Assembly: GCF_000621645.1 (NCBI RefSeq)
Contig: NZ_JHXR01000014.1
Location: forward strand, 136,748-168,747
Direction of reading: 5' to 3'
DNA length: 32,000 nucleotides
DNA from: Vibrio cholerae ATCC 14035
GTDB taxonomy: Bacteria > Pseudomonadota > Gammaproteobacteria > Enterobacterales > Vibrionaceae
A program made the translations under genes and the position numbers. The notes under the pieces were generated by a model, which searched no databases, was not told the origin of the DNA, and worked only from the letters and a program-made list of their open reading frames with translations. Of the stretch, positions 25,679 through 32,000 are shown one piece after another. Every line of letters begins with the position of its first letter. Positions within the stretch are counted from its first letter, which is position 1.

Positions 25679-26616
25679 CGAGGATTTTGCTCTCGCTCTT
25701 GAATGGCTGTCAGCACCGCACGTCGTTGTTGGCAGCCTTTTTCACGAATGAATTCCTGAAAAGCGCGAATGGTTGGAGTGATCAAACGTCGATCGGCACA
25801 CACCATATAAATGGGTACAGGGCCGCTTTCCCATTCCGGCAAAATCCGCACTAAACGCCCATCAATAATGTCCTGACTGATGTCCATCAGCGATTTATTG
25901 GCAATGCCTTTGCCTTTTACCGCCAATCTGTGTACTACTTCGCCATCATTACAGGCAGGGTTGCCTTGCACCACCACACTGTGCGTTTCGCCATTGCGGC
26001 TCAAAATCCATTTGTTGTGTAGCGTATCGGCCAGCATAAAGCACAGACAGTTGTGATGCTGTAAATCGTCAGGATGCAGAATGGGCGGGTGAGCGGCCAA
26101 ATACTCTGGCGAAGCACACAATACGCGCTCGTTAGAATCGCACAGCAACATGGCGACTAAATTGGAATCGGCGGGCTGACCATAACGAATCGCGATATCG
26201 ACCGGATTGGCGTACATATCCGTCAGACGATCAGAGAGATCCAGTTTCACCGTGACATTCGGGTGCAGCGCGATAAATTCATCAATCCAGTCGAGCAGCA
26301 AATTACGCCCCAAATCTGAAGGCGCGCTGATGTGCAGTTGGCCAGCCAACTGGCCACGCGCACAAGCGATCTGATCCAAACCCTCTTGCAAGGTGGCCAG
26401 CGCGGTTTGGGTTTTGGCAAGAAAGATTTCGCCCTCATGAGTTAAACGAATATGTCGCGTTGAGCGCACAAACAGCGGAAATTGCACTTGCTCTTCCAAG
26501 CGGCGGATCGCAGCGCTCACGGCGGCGGTCGTGAGTGATAGGCTGTTGGCCGCTTTAGAAAAACTGCCTTGGCGCGCCGTTTCGACAAACAAATTCAAAT
26601 CATTGAGTGCTTTCAT
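25675..26616 (-). CDS. LysR-family transcriptional regulator
   Basis: 313 aa. N-terminal HTH LNLFVETARQGSFSKAANSLSLTTAAVSAAIRRLEEQ followed by a LysR substrate-binding domain. Its 3' end overlaps the convergent ABM gene by 4 nt. Confidence 0.9.
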   Translation of the reverse strand: MKALNDLNLFVETARQGSFSKAANSLSLTTAAVSAAIRRLEEQVQFPLFVRSTRHIRLTHEGEIFLAKTQTALATLQEGLDQIACARGQLAGQLHISAPSDLGRNLLLDWIDEFIALHPNVTVKLDLSDRLTDMYANPVDIAIRYGQPADSNLVAMLLCDSNERVLCASPEYLAAHPPILHPDDLQHHNCLCFMLADTLHNKWILSRNGETHSVVVQGNPACNDGEVVHRLAVKGKGIANKSLMDISQDIIDGRLVRILPEWESGPVPIYMVCADRRLITPTIRAFQEFIREKGCQQRRAVLTAIQEREQNPR

Positions 26617-26625
26617 CTTTCTAGC

Positions 26626-27351
26626 CTATTGAACGAGTTCTAGAGTGGCATCCATCGAGTGAAGGATCTCCACGGCCTGATACGCTTGCCAACGCTGCTC
26701 TGCGCCCGCATCACCACCTTGTGCTTTGCGCTGATAGTGCTGCTGCAACTGCTGTAAATAACGCTGCGCGATCTTTGATTGATCTGTGCCGCTGACTTGC
26801 CACAGCAACTCACCGACCAAAGAGAGAGGGTGAGAGCAAGCCCCCGAGCTGGGAGAGATTTGCACATGCAGCAGCTCATAAATGCGCTGATTCTCTTCTA
26901 CTAAACGCTCGCTTTTCAGCTCCGCATTCAGCGCGATTAACTGCTCGCGCAAGGTATAAGTGTGGTGAACAGGGCACAGCAGCAGATCAAACGTCATGCT
27001 TGGGTGACGCTTGGCAAGCTCAGCAATAAATTCCGTCATCAAATCTCCGCCTACTCCGGCGATGATGACGAGATGCGATCCGGCGTTGGCTTCGAGTGGC
27101 AAATCGCGTACATCAAGACAGTAAGTGCGCCAGCGTGGTGAATCGGTCGTGGCAGGAAAATAGCGGATTAAATCGAGCGTCACCTTATCAATCAAAGACG
27201 GAACGATATCGACAAAATGCACTGTGCTGCTTGGGTGCTGTTTGAGCAACGCTGCGCCGAGTAAGCCGTGGTCGCAGCAGCAATCCCAAATATGGTCGTA
27301 GTCGCGCTTTACCTGTTGGACTAACTGAGTCAGCCGTTTTCCTAATTTCAT
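26626..27351 (-). CDS. TrmK-like class I SAM-dependent methyltransferase (tRNA m1A22 methyltransferase family)
   Basis: 241 aa. LGKRLTQLVQQV...IWDCCCDHGLLGAALL...VHFVDIVPSL...LVIIAGVGGDLMTEFI parallels the TrmK pattern (KRL...DIGSDHAYL...AGMGG.LI). Confidence 0.65.
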   Translation of the reverse strand: MKLGKRLTQLVQQVKRDYDHIWDCCCDHGLLGAALLKQHPSSTVHFVDIVPSLIDKVTLDLIRYFPATTDSPRWRTYCLDVRDLPLEANAGSHLVIIAGVGGDLMTEFIAELAKRHPSMTFDLLLCPVHHTYTLREQLIALNAELKSERLVEENQRIYELLHVQISPSSGACSHPLSLVGELLWQVSGTDQSKIAQRYLQQLQQHYQRKAQGGDAGAEQRWQAYQAVEILHSMDATLELVQ

Positions 27352-27542
27352 GCTGTACCTACATGCGGTAACTAAAAGAAGCCGCCGCTATCGGCTGCCG
27401 AATCAAAACAGTGGCGGCCATTTTACTCAGGTTCGGAAAAATGTTGCAGAGAAATTAACAAACTGGTTAATGAGCAGTTCTTCTTAACGGGAGAGTGATT
27501 TATAGTGGTTGCCTGTAACCTGTTCTGACAAAAGGAAATGTC

Positions 27543-27893
27543 ATGGCGGCTTTGTTTTTCAAGTGCTTGCTTGGAGCGCTTGCGGTGTTGATCATTGCCC
27601 TGTTATCGAAAACCAAAAGCTTTTTTATCTCCGGCCTTGTGCCGCTATTTCCCACCTTTGCTTTAATCGCCCATTATATTGTTGGCACCGAACGCACTAT
27701 GGAAGATCTGCGCACTACCGCGCTGTTTGGGCTGTATTCGCTTATCCCGTATGCGGCGTATCTTCTTGCGGTGTATTACTTTAGTTACCGCTTGAGCCTT
27801 ACTGGCACTCTGGTCTGTGCCACCTTGGTTTGGCTGGTATTTGCTGCACTTTTACTGGTGGGTTGGACTCGTTTACACCCGAGCATGGCCTAA
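27543..27893 (+). CDS. glpM: GlpM-family small membrane protein
   Basis: 116 aa, 4 TM. LLGALAVLIIALLSKTKSFFISGLVPLFPTFALIAHYIVG matches my recollection of the GlpM family. Confidence 0.65.
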   Translation: MAALFFKCLLGALAVLIIALLSKTKSFFISGLVPLFPTFALIAHYIVGTERTMEDLRTTALFGLYSLIPYAAYLLAVYYFSYRLSLTGTLVCATLVWLVFAALLLVGWTRLHPSMA

Positions 27894-27932
27894 GCTCACT
27901 CGCCATCATGAAACGGATTTAAGGAGAAAGCT

Positions 27933-28382
27933 GTGTCTGTAGAAAAAACCGAGCCTGTAGAGAAAACGCCAACAAGATTGCCCGTGGCAGAATGTGTCTC
28001 TTTTTTGCTGGTCAAAGAGGGCAGTTGTCTGCTCGAACGTCGCTCAGCAACCAAAGCGAGCGATCCTAATATCATCGCGATCCCCGGTGGGCATATCGAA
28101 GCGGGAGAAAACCAAGCGCAAGCGTTGCAGCGTGAAGTGCAAGAAGAGTTAGGCGTGGACGCTACGCGCAGCGTTTATCTCTGCTCGCTTTATCATCCGA
28201 CAGAATTTGAGCTGCAACTGCTGCACTATTACGTGGTGGATCAATGGCAAGGTGAGATCGCCTGCCACGAAGCGGATGAAGTTTTTTGGACGCCGATTGC
28301 GCCAAGTGCGGTGGAAACCATTGCCGATAAAATCGCGATTCAAGAGTTCCAACGCCTGTATCCACGCTATCTGGCGCTGTAA
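27933..28382 (+). CDS. NUDIX hydrolase
   Basis: 149 aa. GTG start with AAGGAG at 27921-27926. Nudix box GGHIEAGENQAQALQREVQEELGV (GX5EX7REUXEEXGU). Confidence 0.85.
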   Translation: MSVEKTEPVEKTPTRLPVAECVSFLLVKEGSCLLERRSATKASDPNIIAIPGGHIEAGENQAQALQREVQEELGVDATRSVYLCSLYHPTEFELQLLHYYVVDQWQGEIACHEADEVFWTPIAPSAVETIADKIAIQEFQRLYPRYLAL

Positions 28383-28414
28383 ATTCGCGCTCAATCATTC
28401 GTCAAGGAGAGACT

Positions 28415-28930
28415 ATGCCGTTAACTCGATTAACTTTGCAGGATGAAGCGGCGTTTGCCGAGTTCTTCCAAGATTTTCAGCGCCACGACCCGATCAATTG
28501 TGATTTTTACCGCCAAGGCGATGAGAATTTTGCCGACTATGTGCAACTGTTGGATGACCACGCCCACGGCCAAAACCTGCCTTGTGGCTACGTGCCTTGC
28601 AGCTATTTTTGGTATCAGGACCAACAAGGCAAAATTCTGGGTGCGCTGCGTTTGCGCCACCACATTGATACGCCATTTCTTACTAACGAAGCGGGGCATA
28701 TTGGTTACGATGTTGCACCCAGTGCGCGCCGCAAGGGCATTGGCCGCGAAATGCTGCGCCTTGGATTGATAGAAGCCAAATGCTTAGGCTTAAAACGCGT
28801 GTTGCTGGTTGCCGATAGCGATAATCACGCATCACGCCGCGTGATTGAAGTTAACGGCGGTGTGTTTGAAAGTACGATCACCGGAGAGTATTTCCCCTCT
28901 TTACTGGCACGCTACTGGATTGATCTTTAA
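28415..28930 (+). CDS. GNAT-family N-acetyltransferase
   Basis: 171 aa. Acetyl-CoA-binding motif ARRKGIGREMLRLGLIEAKCLGLKRVLLVADSDNHASRRVIEVNGG. Confidence 0.8.
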   Translation: MPLTRLTLQDEAAFAEFFQDFQRHDPINCDFYRQGDENFADYVQLLDDHAHGQNLPCGYVPCSYFWYQDQQGKILGALRLRHHIDTPFLTNEAGHIGYDVAPSARRKGIGREMLRLGLIEAKCLGLKRVLLVADSDNHASRRVIEVNGGVFESTITGEYFPSLLARYWIDL

Positions 28931-28945
28931 CCACAAGGACGTGAG

Positions 28946-29917
28946 ATGAAAATTGCGATTCTGGATGATTACCAAAATGTGGTGCGTGGCTTAAACGCCT
29001 TTCAATGCTTACAAGGGCATGACGTCACCGTATTCAATGATAGTGTGAGCGATGAAACCGTATTGATTGAGCGCCTGAAACCTTTTGAGGCTTTGGTGCT
29101 GATCCGCGAGCGCACCCCAATCACTGAAAATCTTTTGGCTCATCTGCCGAATTTGAAACTCATCAGCCAGACCGGAAAAGTCAGCAACCATATTGATGTG
29201 CCTCTGTGTGAGCGTTATGGCGTGACCGTGTTAGAAGGCATCGGCTCTCCCGTTGCCCCAGCGGAGCTGTGCTGGAGTTTAATCCTTGCCGCTTCGCGCC
29301 ATTTGCCAAGTTATATCGAGCAGTTACACGCAGGTCATTGGCAACAAAATGGCGGATTAGGCTTAGGTCGAACCCTCTCTGGTCGCACCTTGGGCATTTG
29401 GGGTTTAGGCAAAATCGGTCAGCGCATTGCTCAATTTGGTCACGTATTTGGTATGCCAATCTTGGTGTGGGGCAGTGAAGCCTCGCGGCAAAAAGCGCTT
29501 GAGTTGGGTTATCAAGCCGCCGCCGATAAAGCCGAGTTTTTTGCTAAAGCCGATGTACTTTCACTCCATTTACGTTTGAATGACGCCACGCGTGGCATCG
29601 TCACCAAACAAGATCTGCTTGCCATGAAACCCGATTCGCTGTTTGTGAATACCAGCCGAGCGGAGTTAGTGGAATCGGGCGCACTCTACTCAGTGATGCA
29701 GGCTAACCCAATGCGCCAAGCCGCGGTCGATGTGTACGAAAACGAGCCCGCGTTACCCAACAATGAGCCGCTGCTGAGTTTGCCCAATGTGCTGTGCGCG
29801 CCGCATCTCGGTTATGTGGAGAAAAACAGCTACGAGATCTACTTTCAGGCCGCGTTTGAGAATGTGGTCAAGTTTGCTCACTCGGCCGCGAAAGCGTCAT
29901 TGAGCGATAAGGCCTAA
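28946..29917 (+). CDS. D-isomer-specific 2-hydroxyacid dehydrogenase (NAD-binding)
   Basis: 323 aa. Rossmann motif GRTLGIWGLGKIGQRIAQ, DVLSLHLRLNDATRG, and catalytic-region VNTSRAELV ... APHLGY. Confidence 0.9.
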   Translation: MKIAILDDYQNVVRGLNAFQCLQGHDVTVFNDSVSDETVLIERLKPFEALVLIRERTPITENLLAHLPNLKLISQTGKVSNHIDVPLCERYGVTVLEGIGSPVAPAELCWSLILAASRHLPSYIEQLHAGHWQQNGGLGLGRTLSGRTLGIWGLGKIGQRIAQFGHVFGMPILVWGSEASRQKALELGYQAAADKAEFFAKADVLSLHLRLNDATRGIVTKQDLLAMKPDSLFVNTSRAELVESGALYSVMQANPMRQAAVDVYENEPALPNNEPLLSLPNVLCAPHLGYVEKNSYEIYFQAAFENVVKFAHSAAKASLSDKA

Positions 29918-29929
29918 AGGAAACACAGC

Positions 29930-30970
29930 ATGTCCGAAAGAGCTTCTTTCACACTCTTTATTCAAATCTTGATTATCGCCACCGTGGCTGCGGGGGCAGG
30001 GACGCTACTCTCCATCCCACTTTCTGAAATGTTTATTGCCTCGGGTTTGGTTATTGTGCTGCACAAGAAGCGTTGGCTAACTATTCATACGCCGCCGTGG
30101 CTGCTGCTGTTTGTGCAAGTCGTGCTTGGGATCAGTGTCGGTGCGACCATCAGTTTGAGTGAGCTAGGTACCACCTTAACCTTGCCGGTGATCGTGGGTT
30201 TGGTGTGCTGTTTAACGCTGCAAATCATCAGTAGCTATTTGTGGCTCACCAAAAAAGAGGGTTGGACGCCGTTTGAATCTCTACTCGGTGCCGTACCGGG
30301 TGCAATGGCCGCGATTTTGGTGATCAGCGAATCAAGCGAAAAGCCTTCCGCCAAAGTGGTCTATTCCCATTCTGTGCGACTGATGATCCTCACTTTGTTG
30401 GCACTGTTGATCTCCAACAGCGCGCCAGATAGCGCATCCGTAGGCGGCAGCCTGACCGTTTACACTTGGCTTATTTTCTTGGCTCTAGCGCTGATGAGTT
30501 TGCTACTGGGTAAAGCTTCCACCTTACTCGGCATTCCTGCGCCTTATATGTTGGCTGCGTTACTCATCACCGCCAGCTTTAATGGCTTTGCCACCGGCAT
30601 TGATATGCAAGTGCCGAAATGGATGGTGATATTCGCCACCGCTTTACTCGGCATTTTGATCGGCTCACGCATTGCCGATACCACACTGCGCGAAGCCATG
30701 GCGTATTCCCGCGCAGGGGTAATGGTCACCATGATTGGCCTTTTGGTCGCGGTGGGTGTCTCCGGTGTCTTTTCTATTTTGATCGATAAATCATGGGTCG
30801 TGCTGCTGCTTTCTTGGGTTCCCGGTAGTGTAGAAGCCATGACCGCTGTCGCCTTGTTACTCGGCATGGAACCGGCGTTTGTGATGATTAACCACGCTCT
30901 GCGCCTGTTGTTGCTCTATTCACTGCCCGCCATGCTGAAAAAGCAGTTGGAGGAGTTGAGGGGGAGATGA
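29930..30970 (+). CDS. AbrB-family (duplicated AbrB / putative 'AmoA-like') integral membrane protein
   Basis: 346 aa, polytopic. The internally repeated pattern, including LLGIPAPYMLAALLITA ... VPKWMVIFATALLGILIGSRI, is typical of the Gram-negative AbrB-duplication family. Confidence 0.65.
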   Translation: MSERASFTLFIQILIIATVAAGAGTLLSIPLSEMFIASGLVIVLHKKRWLTIHTPPWLLLFVQVVLGISVGATISLSELGTTLTLPVIVGLVCCLTLQIISSYLWLTKKEGWTPFESLLGAVPGAMAAILVISESSEKPSAKVVYSHSVRLMILTLLALLISNSAPDSASVGGSLTVYTWLIFLALALMSLLLGKASTLLGIPAPYMLAALLITASFNGFATGIDMQVPKWMVIFATALLGILIGSRIADTTLREAMAYSRAGVMVTMIGLLVAVGVSGVFSILIDKSWVVLLLSWVPGSVEAMTAVALLLGMEPAFVMINHALRLLLLYSLPAMLKKQLEELRGR

Positions 30971-31600
30971 TGGGGGAATTCTTGAGTAAGAGCTAGCTAG
31001 TGGATGGGGTTAGCTTAGAAGTGCCCCTTTTCTCGTTAGTAGTTTTGCTCATTCACATTCTGTTAATGCGAGTTTGACCTATGAAAAATTATTCGAAGTA
31101 AGTACGTTGTAATCATGATGATCTGCTCCAGCCTGGCTGGACATTTAACTAAGCGACTTTGCCATACCTTAGTTAATTAGCAAACATGCACGCAAAATTT
31201 TGTCCAACTTGGTGCCAGCCTTTTCGTCAGGCACGTTTACGTCCCATTTCTGTTATAAATCGCTTTACTATCAGTTAGAAAGACTTATTCAAATCACCTT
31301 TCAAAATCAACTAAATGCAATGTGACTTATGTCATATGCACGTAGAATGAAGGTTTGCTAATGTGGTCAGTTAATTAGTGCAGGTAACGGATTTGTGAAG
31401 TGTAATACTTTGCCTTGTTCATGAGTCACATCATGATTGAAGTGGTTCTTGGCTATATCGATCCTGCTGTAATCAATGAAGTGTGACACGGTGACTCGAT
31501 CCTTAGCATTGACCACTAAAGTGTGTGATTAGTCCTCGGGAAGAGAGTCCATGTTAATCGATATGTAATCAACTAATCCAACAGATAAGGAAGAAAAAAG

Positions 31601-31936
31601 ATGGCAAACCCAAGAGCATTTATTAGTTTTGACTTTGATCACAATGTCACTCAAAAGAATCTATTTGTAGGCCAATCTAAGAACTCAAAAACCCCGTTCG
31701 CAATTGAAGATTGGTCGTCGAAATCTTCGCTGCCCCAATCACAATGGGAAGCACTGATAAAAAGCAAGATTGGTAAATGTAATATGCTTATCGTCTTAAG
31801 TGGTAAAACTATGGCGAGTGCAACTGGAGTGGTTAAAGAAATAAAAATGGCTAAAGATCAAAATGTCCCTGTATTTGGTGTATATGTTGATGGAGCCAAT
31901 ACAACTAGGGAAGATGCGATTAAGTCTCTGATATGA
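31601..31936 (+). CDS. TIR-like domain protein (DUF1863 / MTH538 / Thoeris ThsB-type), short and possibly 3'-truncated
   Basis: 111 aa. RAFISFDFDHNVTQKNLFVGQ ... WEALIKSKIGKCNMLIVLSGKTMASATGVVKEIKMAKDQNVPVFGVYVDG follows the beta-alpha pattern and the FISF.(Y/F)D / VLIG / W-V..EI / GV(Y/L) landmarks of this family. AAGGA ribosome-binding site at 31587-31591. Recognised by eye only. Confidence 0.65.
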   Translation: MANPRAFISFDFDHNVTQKNLFVGQSKNSKTPFAIEDWSSKSSLPQSQWEALIKSKIGKCNMLIVLSGKTMASATGVVKEIKMAKDQNVPVFGVYVDGANTTREDAIKSLI

Positions 31937-31976
31937 GATCATAGCAACCATCAAAACAGCAAGGATGAGGTGACCG

Positions 31977-32000
31977 ATGAGTCATCAACTGACTTTCGCA
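31977..32000 (+). CDS. 5' end of an unknown gene (MSHQLTFA...), truncated by the window
   Basis: ATG 31977 is preceded by GAGG (31967-31970) at 6-nt spacing, 40 bp after the TIR-like stop. Only 8 codons are visible, so no function can be inferred. Confidence 0.35.

Larger units (their letters stand above)
30971..32000. other. AT-rich, compositionally distinct segment, possibly the edge of a horizontally acquired or variable region
   Basis: My hand counts of G+C per 60-nt line are 18/60 at 31261-31320 and 18/60 at 31621-31680, against 31/60 at 30301-30360. There is no ORF of 60 aa or more in any frame across 30971-31600. Confidence 0.5.

Noticed and set aside
31176-31362. A 10-bp inverted repeat (ATTAGCAAAC / GTTTGCTAAT) bracketing 167 nt, plus a 10-bp direct repeat AGTTAATTAG (31170 and 31369). 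I considered a structured ncRNA such as a retron msr/msd.
   Set aside because: In about 630 bp of AT-rich DNA, roughly one exact 10-mer match is expected by chance. The interior lacks the long stable hairpin expected of an msd, and no reverse transcriptase is visible. It is worth re-examining only if the downstream gene turns out to be an RT.
31367-31516. 49-codon minus-strand ORF (GTG start, MVNAKDRVTVSHFIDYSRIDIAKNHF...) in the AT-rich gap
   Set aside because: It is below any reasonable length threshold, has no ribosome-binding site and no recognisable motif. The short plus-strand ORFs in this gap (11-30 aa) were rejected for the same reasons.
1-32000. Searched by eye for CRISPR repeats, tRNA/rRNA, integron attC (VCR-like) repeats, IS inverted repeats, and transposase or integrase genes
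   Set aside because: None found. No periodic repeat arrays were seen and no ORF carries recombinase motifs. A covariance-model or repeat-finder scan would be needed for certainty.

Overview
Densely coding chromosomal segment of about 33 genes. Gene content looks Vibrio-type and resembles the V. cholerae small chromosome; that is from memory and not verified. Left third: an OmpA-family lipoprotein, an Aer-like PAS chemoreceptor, glpD, and a complete sucrose PTS regulon (scrK, scrB-scrR, scrA). The three scr promoter regions share one LacI-type operator motif. Middle: a tightly coupled six-gene cluster of unknown function, comprising a DedA/VTT membrane protein, an ATP-grasp ligase, a DinB-like protein, an NRDE/TANGO2-like Cys2 protein, a secreted YHS-domain protein and an OlsF-like two-domain acyltransferase. 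It is followed by a VOC-fold protein and a persulfide-stress divergon: DUF2892 plus a CoA-disulfide-reductase/rhodanese fusion, opposite a BigR/SqrR-type ArsR repressor with a split YeeE/YedE. Right third: an RND efflux pair (VexLM-like), nfsB plus an ABM monooxygenase, a LysR regulator, a TrmK-like methyltransferase, and a co-directional GlpM-Nudix-GNAT-2-hydroxyacid dehydrogenase-AbrB block. At about 30.97 kb the composition turns sharply AT-rich. There are 630 bp without ORFs, then a short TIR-like (DUF1863/ThsB-type) gene and the first 8 codons of a closely following gene. This is the best candidate for a defence or otherwise novel system, but the window edge cuts it. The six-gene cluster at 11.0-16.3 kb is the best fully visible candidate for undescribed biology. 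I saw no rRNA, tRNA, CRISPR array, IS element, transposase or integrase.
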